Below are positions 11,101 through 23,100 of a DNA stretch of 64,000 nucleotides, one piece after another. This DNA comes from Balanoglossus misakiensis (taxonomy: Eukaryota; Animalia; Hemichordata). The position numbers and the translations under genes were made by a program. The notes beneath the pieces were generated by a model. That model was given only the letters and a program-made list of their open reading frames with translations. It was not told the origin of the DNA and did no database searches. Position 1 is the stretch's first letter. Each line of letters starts with the position of its first letter. The stretch spans positions 5,642,001-5,706,000 of the forward strand of contig CM082590.2 in assembly GCA_040954595.2 (NCBI GenBank). Reading direction: 5' to 3'.

Positions 11101-14100
11101 TCCAAGATGGGGGGAACACAGTTAAAAAAAAAACTTACTGATAACTCTGCTGGAGTTGCAGTTTTTGATAGTTCTCTGTTGTCAGATGCTGCTGCTGCAC
11201 TGTTACTCTGTTTGTCTTCAAGGTCCCTTATCTTTTCGACCAATGAACGTAATTGTTCTCTGGCTTCACAACGAAAATCCAGGCCATCTTTCCTTTCATC
11301 TTCAATAATATCATGTAAGGAATTTAACCCGGCCATCATTTCCTGAAAATCTGTAAGAATATGATATAGAGAACAATACGAGCTTAGATTTGACTGATAA
11401 ATGTATATTTTTGCACAGTACACTTTATACTCTGCCCTCAAAATAACTGGTACCTCACTAGTTATTTTCCCAAAATTGCAAATGCTGGTAAAAGAAGTCT
11501 GGTTCAGTTTGTAAAAAACAGCTGTATGTTCATAGCTCTTAAAACCTTTACACAGGCTTCAATTTTCCAGTTTTATATTGTTCTCTTCACTACAATGCAA
11601 AACATGACAAAGACATGCTTATCTCCAGGTGTCATGAACAATAGAGATGTCACAAACAATAGTGATGAAGTGTGCAAGCTTATTGTGTGCAGTTTGTTTA
11701 TGCCTTGTGTATGTGTTAAAGTTAGTTTATCAATCACATGTGTCATTTCCTGCAGAACAATGAGTATTTTGGGATAGCATGGAAGAATGAGTGACTCTCA
11801 TTACATTTGTTAGTTGAACATAATCATGGCAATTTTCCATCATACAGCCGCTAACCAAACAACTCCGTTCAAAAACACACAAATGACTAAGTAATGTTCA
11901 TCATATGTCTAAAAGCAAAGGCAGTACGCTTTTATTGCGTGCGGAACACACTTTCGGCCACTTGATTCGAAGTTACTGCTAGCTACAGTTCAAACAGACT
12001 GATTTATGAATGTGCAGATTAATGTCAACGATTTAAAACATAGTAATTACCTGCTGCACGGACATCTGGACTGGCGATGCTGCTGACGGTTGGAGTTCGG
12101 TCGAAGTAGGAAGACATCTCAGTCAGCGAGCTTTGCCCATCTTCTCTTGACTGCCTCACAGAATAAAAGTTTGGTACTGGTCTTGTTGGAGGATCATCAT
12201 CGCATGAAGTTGAACGTGACGTACTTGCGGACGGCCGAATTGGAGTTGACCGCGCAATGTCATGTGCAACTTGGTCAGCTGTTAATCGACTAGCAACTCG
12301 CGATCTTGATCGATAGCTCATATCTTCTGTACTGACTATAAACTCTATAAAAATATGACTGGAGTGGATCTCTGTTCTTGCTCTCTACTGTTGTCACTGT
12401 AGTTCAATCAGCTCGGCTGCACTGCTGAACTTTAACCTTTCAAATTCGAGATATATACCCTTTGGTGGCGCTGTGCAGGTCCCCCTATGCTACTCTAAAT
12501 AATCAATTTGTGACAAAAAACAACAGCGACATTTCCGGTTTATGTCGCTCTAAATGCCACATTTTACTCTTTTAAGAAAGCTTAAAACAGTTTATAACAC
12601 ACATATCAAATACATTCTTACAATTTAAAAAAATTGCAAAAATTAAATGCGACATATCGACACTGGTTTTACATTAAGCATGTTTATTAACCTAGGGTAC
12701 CTTAATAACATTCAAAAGTCAAAGTTCAACTATTGTCTGTGGTTCACTGAAGAATATTGTGCTGCGATTTGAACTACAAATTAAATCTACAGCACCACAA
12801 TGCCGAAATCTGTACGATGGCCAAAGGAGTGTGGTCATTGTTTCCAACTTCTGTCAAAAACTGCATACTACGCACACAAACGGCAACATTTCAACTTTGA
12901 AGAATTTAAATGGCGCGTGGACCCGACACTTGAAGCTGTGACTCAAGACAGCACGCGTACGCAAGGTGAGTTTGTTTATTGAACCGTCGAAACCCATAGA
13001 TTATCCCGAAGGTGATCATTTATATTATTGACGCACTAGGACATTTATGTTTTAGAAACATAGTACAATATGATGACTATTTTGGGGTGGTCTGCAGGGA
13101 GTCACTTTGTTGCTGGAGTGGGACTTCAAGACAATAATTATAGAGAAGAAATGCATTAACGCCATCATAAGATTTGCATTGCACTCTGGGACAGACAGAC
13201 TTGTGATTGAGGGGGAGTATTCAGCCGTCCGTCATTGTGTCCATACGCCTATATGGTACGGTTTCCCTCATAACAAGTTAGAATATTGAATCACCGTCTT
13301 TATGTCACTTTATCTAGTGATACAAACATCACTGATGGGGGTGCAGGGCTTGAGTTTACCTAGGTCGATTTGGTAGGGGTGGCAGTTGTTTTGTCAAGTT
13401 ATCTGGAAGCAAGACTGTGCAAAATACAGTTGTGAATGTTGATATTTTAACGGTTGAGTTTGACTATACCATTGATATGTATTACACACAGTTCACATAT
13501 TTATCCTCCCAACATAAAGAGTATGAATGTACATATTATATTTACAGTTACCATTGAATTGGAGAGAGAGCACACAGATAACCTACATGTTGGTGATCAT
13601 GGTATTTCTGAACTTATCACTGGTGAAAGGTGGCAGTTTGAATATGACAAACAAGTGGATGCACAGTAAGTTCTTTTCTATTGCTAAATATTTAATCATT
13701 TAGCAGTCAGTCAGTTTTGCTGTTTTGTGAATGATTCCACATACTGTACTCCAAGGACCAGTGAATAACAGTGTCCAGGTAGAATGACTGGCTAAACATG
13801 CCTGATTAGTTTGTGAAAGGTAGTATTTATTGCAAGCGCATTAGGCTCAGTGTATTCATTCATTTTCAGATAGATCGTGGGTGTCTTTTTTCATTAGAGC
13901 TGATTGTCAGAGTATGTTTTACACACAGGTATAGTGGCATGGCCATACTATCTCTTGTTCTTGCCAACATTGCTCAGTAACAGTAACAACAGGCTTTGTA
14001 ACTGAAACTGGGTAGTTGTACAAAATGATCTTTGTATAGGTGTCACACGCAGGGTACGCCAACACAGAAATATTGATGGAGTAATCAAAAGAAAGAATAC

Positions 14101-17100
14101 CCAAAAGCGTCCAACATGAATTAATTTCAATTCATCAAAAACGTCCTAAAATGGGTGTTCAAACCACAGTCGGCCATGAATCCATGGAGCAGGCGGTTCA
14201 GTCCAAATAGGCCTACTATTCTGACCTTTATGAAGGGAAATGGGGCTGAAAGGGTTAAGAGTCATTTTTGAACAAACTGCAGTATTTTGAAAATGTAATA
14301 GAAATCTCGACAGTGATTTTTTTGTTTCCTTGTATACTTTATTTAGGATCGATCATGACAATAGTAGCAATGGAGGTGTTGATCAGGGTGATGAAGACTA
14401 CTATTCTGATGCAGATTCCATCGAAAATGAAGACTTGTCATGTGGACTGGCAGGGGAGTGTGAAAATGTCACAAGTAATGAGGTAGGCTTTGTTTCAAGT
14501 ATCACTAAAAGTTTGTTTAATTTTCATGACTACTTATCAAGAACAGAAAAGTTGTTAAATCCACAGTAGCTGTAATTTTTGACCAATGTTTTAGCCTCAC
14601 CTAATGATTGAAACCCAGAAATCACTAATCAAACAGCTGTGAAATCAGTATGTAGATTATGTAGATTTCTTTGGAACATCTGAATCAAATGAATTTAAAC
14701 TAAAGAAACTGAAATGTTCAGCTTAGTTTTTCAGACTTCAACCCCAAAGTGTATGTGAATGTAGCATAAATGGGACATGCCAATAAATAATAATGTTTGC
14801 TAGGAGTTGTACATATGTTTGAGTCTGTATGAAATAAACAGTGTTGCATTTATCCACTTAACTTGGTCATGCATGCATGGATAAACCTGTAAGATTGTTT
14901 TTGTTTCTTAATAGGGGGTTGATAGGCTGATTCCAGGTGAGGTTCCAGCTGATGGGTGTACATCCTTAACAGAATCAGCACATTCTTCTAATGTGGATTC
15001 CGAAGACGTTGAAGCTGAATGTTGGGATGAAAATGATGATCTACAAGAAGCACATGATCTAAATGACAACACAGCACAGGATGTTAACGAATCATCTGAA
15101 AGTAAACAGAACTCTTTCATAAATACAACAGTTACTGCAGTCTTACTGTTTACATTTTCATGGCAGAAATTGCATGGGATATCAGACCAAGCAATCCGCC
15201 TTATGATCCTCTTCTTGAAATTCCTTTTCACCACAATTGGCACAACTATGAAAATAAGTTGTCTTCTTGTTCTCGCTGAGTCTTTGCCATCAACCCTATA
15301 CTCAATGAGAAAGTATATTGGACTAGAACGAGACCACTTCACACAGTATGTGGTTTGCCCTCAGTGTCACACTCTATACAACTTCAAGGACTGTTACAAA
15401 GAAAGACAAAATGGCAGAAAGATACTAGTGAAGTGTTCACATGTTAAATTTCCAAGACACAGTCACGCAAGAAAAAGGAGAAGCTGTGGTGAGGTTCTCT
15501 TGAAAAAGGTCCGCGGGAAAAATGGAGCAGAGTATGTTTATCCACGAAAGGTATACTGCTATAGAAGCCTGGCAGACTCTCTGCAATGTTTTGTGAAGAG
15601 GCCAAATTTCATCAACGTGTGCAATACCTGGCGTTCAAGACAACAAAGAGAAGATCTCATGCAAGACATATATGATGGGGAAGTGTGGAAAGACTTTGAG
15701 CATCAGGGCTTCTTCAAAAGCAAATATAATTTGGGACTCACATTGAATATAGACTGGTTCCAGCCTTATGAACATACACCACACTCTATTGGTGCCTTAT
15801 ATCTTGTCATTAACAATTTACCTCGTGAAGATCGCTATAAACCAGAAAATGTCATTCTTGTTGGCCTGTTACCTGGACCAAAAGAACCAAAGAAGAACAT
15901 CAACACCTATTTAGGGCCATTGGTGCAAGAGTTGCAGCAATTTTTCCTTGGAGTAAAGCTGAATGATGGATCACGGTTTGGTAATATCTACCGATGTGCT
16001 CTGATGTGCTTGGCATGTGACATCCCCGCCTGTAGGAAATGTGGAGGATTTGTTGGTCATACAGCAGAACGAGGTATGTGTTGAATTATAAAAATAGTCA
16101 CTGTACTGCTCCAGTTTGTTGACAGAAAGTGTTATACAGAGGGTTTGCCTTCTGAATTATTTTTTACCAACCATTCACAACTTTATAACCAGTAAACTGC
16201 AAGCAAAAAATCAGTACATTCTGACAACTGTTTTGAAGACCCGTATAAATTCAAGGAGGGACTGTGTCATCAACAATGTCTTGTTCTTAAGGATGTACGT
16301 TCAGTAAAATTGAAAGTATTGTCATTTTTTTTAATTGTGGATTTTTTTATTCTCCTTTGTATGTATAATGAAAATCCGTAATAAAATATAGGGGTCACCG
16401 CGCTTTTTTTTAAAATACAGAGCCATGAATTTGGTCGATAATAGAAGAAATCTGCTGACTCAGCATTTTTTCACCAATGGTTTGTCTATGGGCAAAATTT
16501 TTAACGCAATTTATCTCAAAATAGAGCGCGGTGACCCCTATATTTTATTTGACCAATGAATTTATATTTGCTGGACTGAGCTATGTGTAAAATTTCACGA
16601 AAATGACAATAGTAGAAGTTTGTTTTCTGGCGATTATCAATGTAATCCTATGGGAAAAAGACCGGGCGCGCAGTGTTTCCGGTTTATGTTCTGCGCGTAC
16701 ATCCTTAAGAAGAACAGGTTTTAGTCCAGGCAGGCAGGCACAGTTACTAGTTACTGTAGTTAATGTAGTTTCATGAACCTTCATTATGGAGAATACAGCA
16801 TTGACTGTTTATTAATCAATATATACTGTTTTCTATTTACAGGATGCAGTAAATGCTTTAAAGCATTTCCCCGGCAGTCTTTTGCACAGAAGCCAGATTA
16901 TAGTGGATATGATTACACGAATTACCAAAATCGGACAGATGGGGAGCATAAAGCTCGGGCTTTCAGAGCCTCCCAGGCATCTACTCCAACTGAACAAGCA
17001 AGACTAGAAAAGATGTTTGGTGCACGATGGACATCTCTGAATGAACTCTCTTATTATTTACCAGTACGGTTTCATATTATAGATCCAATGCATAACTTAC

Positions 17101-20100
17101 TATTAGGTACAGCCAAACATGTTGTAAAAATCTGGAAAAAAATTGGTATTCTTGATGACAATTGTTTTACTGTCATCCAAGAACGTGTTGATGCTATGAA
17201 AGTTCCAAACAATTTGGGGAGAATACCATCAAAAATAGCAGCAGGATTTGCAGGTTTTACTGCAGATCAGTGGAAAAATTGGGTCCTTGTCTTTTCTTCA
17301 TTTGCTTTGAAAGATGTGATTCCTTCTCCACATTATGAATGTTGGCAGTTGTTTGTAGGAGCATGTAAGTTAATCTGTAGTAGGAAGATAACGAAACAGG
17401 ATGTTCTAAAATCACATGTAATGTTAGTTAACTTCTGTGATACTTTTGTACAGTTGTATGGTAGTGATAAATGTACGGTAAATATGCACATGCATATGCA
17501 CTTAAAAGATTGCATCCTGGACTATGGTCCTGTGTATTCTTTTTGGCTATTTTCATTTGAACGCTACAATGGTATACTTGGTTCATACAAAAACAACAAC
17601 CATTCAATAACAGTTCAACTCATGCGCAGGTTTTTACAGAACCAAGACATTGGGGATATTTCATGGCCAGATGAATTTTACAGTGCTAAAGATATCTTAC
17701 AAGCAAATGAGCCAGCCAGTAGAGGTACATTAGGTGAAATTGACCGTGTAAACATAAATGATTCAATCAGTCAGATGTGCTTGTCTGACTCTGTAGCTGA
17801 TTTTGACTTTTCAGAAACCAGTGTCAAATTACTGCAGCCTCAATATGAGCATTACTTTGATAATGATGATGTTCTTTCACTGAAAGAAATGTACTCAGTT
17901 CTTTATCCAGGTAAATCTGTCAATGTCCTTTGCATTGCAGAGAGGTACAACAGAGTATTGTATCATGGCTATCTGTACAGTTCTACAAAATGTAGAAGTG
18001 AAACGTCTTCATGCATTTCTGCCAGTTGGGTTGGTGACACATGTAATATTGACCCCTGTTCTGATTGGAGGCCAGGAATTGTGTCAGAATTCATCAAAAG
18101 TGAGGTAATCATTGAAAACAAAAAGCAAGGACATATTCTAGCCAAAGTGCAGTGGTTCAAGAAACACCCTATGCATGATTATTATGGATGTCATGTTGGT
18201 GTTTGGGGGACTCAGCTGGAGTGTGTTAGTGGAGCTGCATTTATACCAGTTCAACGGATTCAGGGCTTGTGTTTGATTACAAAATATAGAGTTAGGTTTC
18301 CTTATTGTAGGTCAACTGGCGAAAATGTAAATGTTGTTATTCCATCATTGCCTATTTATCAGTAACTTTTTAGCCATTGGTATAATTACTTGATAATGTT
18401 TGAGAACAGTTTCCTTCAATGAAAGTTTCCAAATGCTGTACAGTTCATAATTATTATGCTAAGCTTTTCTGACATGTTATGTACAATAAATGATACCAGC
18501 CAATGTGCATGGATGGTGTCAGAGATTTCACAAGAGTGAATTGTAAAATTTGTATATAAGAAATAATAATGGAAGTTTTAATATTAAAATGTCTAGATGC
18601 CTATATTATATCATTTGCCATATTTCACTCAGTGAACAACAATGTGCATGAAAAGGGGAACATGCCAATCATCCACCATCCACCCACCCCCTATATTGAT
18701 TGATGTGTTTTTTTAATTTTATCCTCATTTGAACACACAAATCATTAAATCATGTTCATGTTGTAAACTCAAATTATGCGCAAATTTCCAGTAATCATAG
18801 TTCTTAAATGAATTTATCAGCAATAAAAAGTTAAATTTGAACCATTTGTGCACCCTTATCGTAGAACGTCATTTATTTATTTAGTATTAAATATCTTACA
18901 ATTCAATGAATTCGATATCCAAGAAAAATGCAAGACACATATGGATATTTTTTCCCTCTAACTTTTTTCATTTGAGTATAAAAAAGCCGAAACTTGTATT
19001 GCTTTGCAAAATGCTGGCAGCTTCGTAGTGTGTCACACCTTTTACTGAATGGTATGTTCTTAAACCTACGCAAGCTGAGATCAGTCGACCCCCCCCCCCC
19101 ACACACACACACAGGAGTGCCCCCAAAGAGCTCAAAAATGGATGTCAAATTATTTTTAGGGTGATTGCGCTTAAATTAAGTTTGATCTGTTGGGATATGG
19201 CTTGAATTAGCGCATTGTGGCCTTTTCTCCCTTTTTTGCTTCTGCTCTCCAGGGCATATCTCGATCGGGCAGTCTTCGGGGATCTAGGGGCAGTCATCGG
19301 CATAGCTCTGCGTACAGGTCTGTGTGTTCCCGGCGTTACACGGCCTCTACCACTATGGTAACGCCGGTAACACACAGACGCGTACGCAGGGCTATACATG
19401 ACCTGGCCAGGTGCGGGGAGCACCTGCACGATGTCTGACAAATGTGTGGCCGATCTGGCCTTGATTAACGCTGACTGTGGGTGTCAACCGCATCTTCAGC
19501 ACACGGTATAGACTGTCAGTCATTTCACTGACGGTCAGTCGTGTCATTTTCACAAACATTACTGTCTTTTGTTCACCTTGATCGGTAGGTTATTGGCCCA
19601 CCAGATGACTCATATAGACGCCTGGGGCACTTAATTGTAACAATGGTACAGACGTCCTGAAACTTCGTTTTGGTAGAGCTTATAGTGGCGATCGAATTCC
19701 CCACGTACTGTCGAGATCAATTCTCCCTTGTTGTCCTGGATGTGCTCCCCAGAGAAAGTGTCACCAGGCCAAACATTTTTACAGAAAGTAAAATCACGGT
19801 TACTAGAAAAGACGGTTGGGAAACTATCTGGCTGTCCATTGTAAGATGCTCGACTCGGTAAACACTGAGAGTAAACGAAAGATATCAGGTGCTAACGAGC
19901 CTGGCCATAGAATAAAAAGACAGTATAACTGACCGCTCGGTCAAAATGACGTCATTACCCCTACAATCCAAAGCAAACCATACTCGTGTTTACGGAATTG
20001 CTTGCACGCACAGTACGTAGACCACCAGACTTGAAGAAAACAGAACAGAGGATGGATAATTTATAAAGTCACAGCACATTTATGACAATTTTGAACTTTC

Positions 20101-23100
20101 AAGGACATGGTGAAGCCATACATTCTTTGTCTTGACCGTGCCTTAGACTAGAGATTCAATGCGAACCAAAACAAACAAGATGGCCCGCCAAAGGCTGTAT
20201 CGATGATGTTAACGACTGTTATCGAAATGGGTATGCAATCTCAACGAAATATTCCAATTGGAATAAACGAAATAGCCCATGCAATACAAAAAGGTGTAAA
20301 ATATCTAAATATATATATAAAAAAAACAGAAATGCGACCATCAGGGTTGAATTCTAGGGGTTCAAAATTCGACGCTATTTGAATCCGGACTTTTAGTTAA
20401 CCGCCCGAGAAACAATGGTAGAGTGTCGCAAGCCCAACAGACTATGACCGTTCACTCCATAAGCCTATACACCTCCTTCACACATTCCGAACAATATAGA
20501 GTTTCCCAACCGTCTTTTCTGGTAACGCAGTGTGAACCGTGCATGGAGGTACGGGACGGAACACAACACAACACTGTTCAACAACACTGGTGTCTGGTGA
20601 TTCATTTTAGTAACCGTGGACACCCTAATTTTACCTCGCAATCTTGTAGGCACAGGCGCTAAAGAAATAACAATGATTGAGCAGCTACAGTCGCCGGCCG
20701 GCTTCAGCCCGGCGAATAGGCTACAGCGTATAGTCTTTTCCTGCACAAGGTTTTTTCTGTGCATGGCCAAATCGACGCAATTAAGTGCTGGCAGTATAAA
20801 GCCTTCATACCGGGTATAAATGTAACTTGTAAGCTTTGAATTCACGGTCAGTAATTTCGTCTTAACACTTCGCAAAGAACTAAGTTTACTCCGTTGTTCC
20901 ATGGAGGTATAAGGAAAGATTGCATCCATGGTTGTTCCTACTGATATTATAGATGGATTAAATAATATAGTTTGTATGTTGCTTGTTTCGATCACAAGGA
21001 TCGATGGACTGTTTTAGATCTACCAAAGAGGGACTGTGGACTGAATCAGGTTGACCTTCACACTGGTCGGGTCATTCTAGTAATGATATGCAAATAGAAC
21101 TCAAATCTCTGCGAATACAGATTGTATTTTGCAGTACCATTTCAAACTGGTCTTTATGAATACATCGTCTATCTATTCTTAATACAGAATGTATTAAAGA
21201 CTTGTACAATCTGTATTTTTCAGTACTATGCATGGATTTAGAATAGTGCTTATACTGATGAATACAGACAAGAATCCATTGCTTGTATTCAGCAAGCCTA
21301 TATTCATGTGGACTCACAAGAATGAGCGTGTATTAGCCTAAAATACTGGCAACTTGATTTGTGTGAATTTGCCTGTATTATAGGGTTTTCATGCAGTGTT
21401 ACCGCTCGGACAGAACGTGTCGCAGCAAAATGACAGTTGTGAAAACTTGACAAATTGTCGATGAAATTCAACACTGCACACAACAACTTGTAGACACGGC
21501 AATATATGTGGGCTCCAATTGCAAGTCAGCTCCAACCAGCTCTGTGCTATGCGTGTATTGTACCCCTAAAATGTTTGTCTACACGCGAAGCTCTGATTTG
21601 TTCTGCATGACAATGACTGTCCAAACATCTGTGGAATTCAGTCAGTCAATCCGTGAGTTCTGAGTGAGAGAGACTGTGGCCATGTGGGTGGGGCACACAA
21701 CTTGTAACAGTCCCGAAACTGTTCGTTGTTTGTGCTGGACGTACAAAGATTTGACTTGTAATAAACTGCTCGTCATATTTATTATCACAATCAATCGTTT
21801 TCAATCTATGTCTGTATTACTGTATAGTCAATCATTCCAGAGTCTGATAAGCATCTCTACAGTGGCTCACTCCACATAGATACCAATTACCATATCAAAA
21901 GACAATGACCTTTCTGACCTGTACGCAAGTTCATTCAAGGTGACACAAACGTCGATTGTAATCGAAGGGTGTTTCAGCCGCACTCAGTTTAATGTCATGC
22001 TTACCTTTGATCACTTGGTTTTTGTAACAATGATAGAAAATTATTCATATCATTCTTGTTAAATTAAATTGTTTAATGACCACATTCTTGAACATCAATT
22101 TTGTCTGCAACAAAGTCATTGTGTTATTTCTCACATACTCATGGTACCTACGCTACTACAGAGAAAAACTACAGAGGGAAGCTCTGTATATTTCTGTATG
22201 CAGAATGAGAAAATAAAGAAAATATTATGAATGTGATTGTCAAAAGATGGTGAACTTTGACCCCAGTGGTGGTGATACACTCAGGGAAAATGGCTATCCA
22301 TGCATGTTCCCAAAACTATCACAGAGAAGGGGATGCTTTCCATTTATCATCACTGTCTTTAAAAATGATAAAAAAATGGTACTTCTTCCAACAATGTTCA
22401 AACGAGATTTGAAATACAGATGGGTGTCTATAAACCCAAGTTCTTTGTATTAGAAACAATGTTATTGCTTTGTATTTGTATTATGGCATTATCTGTCCCA
22501 GTTTCTGTAAATTCGGCGTTAAGGGGGCTTTTATTGTCTGATTTTCTTCTATATTTTGCAAATTGTCTATTTTTAGTGTTGAAAAGTCATGGAAAAGGAT
22601 CAAGTCTTGAAATTTTACGGAGAAACAATGTCCATTTTCCCTGGGAGTGCCACCACCAGTTTTGTATTTCTGTTTTCCTGTTGCCCTTTGGAGATCTTGT
22701 TGTTTTGTCTTGGAGTTCAGAGTAATTGTGTTGTCTTTGTTTACGCATAATATGATGTCATTATTTTGTTGACAGTGACATGATCATGTTTTGTTTTCAT
22801 AATTCTTCATTAATGATGATTTCAATGTTTTTTCCTTTTGTATTTCTGTTAGTTATGATTGCATTTTGAGAATATTTTGATAAAAGAAGTGTTTCTTGTT
22901 GAATGTTACAGGATCTCTTCGATGCCGTAGAGGAGGGTGATGTTGCAAAGATTCAGTCGCTGATAGCTGATGGATATGATGTCAATGCATGGGGTGAACA
23001 CCTGGGAAGGGTAAGTGTTTCTTATCGACCAATGTTTGATACAGAGTCATCGCTCAGGGCTAGCGTTTGATATTTTTTTATTCATGTGCAGTGCACGCAA

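Larger units (their letters stand above)
8359..21398 (+). mobile_element. Full-length CACTA/EnSpm (CMC) DNA transposon, 13,040 bp
   Basis: Perfect 24-bp TIR CACTGCATGAAAACCCTATAATAC at both ends and 3-bp TSD TTA. Subterminal TGAATACAG-like motifs at both ends. Encodes a CACTA-type transposase and a second gene. Confidence 0.93.

Noticed and set aside
19248-20790. Assignment as 7SK, telomerase RNA, RNase P/MRP, group I/II intron or hammerhead ribozyme
   Set aside because: Only short chance-level similarities (for example GCCGATCTGGC, ACCCTAA, GTGCG). The diagnostic cores were not found.
20465-20995. 176-aa minus-strand ORF as a third CACTA gene or Fanzor/TnpB cargo
   Set aside because: Non-ATG start, and no RuvC, zinc-finger or other recognisable motif.
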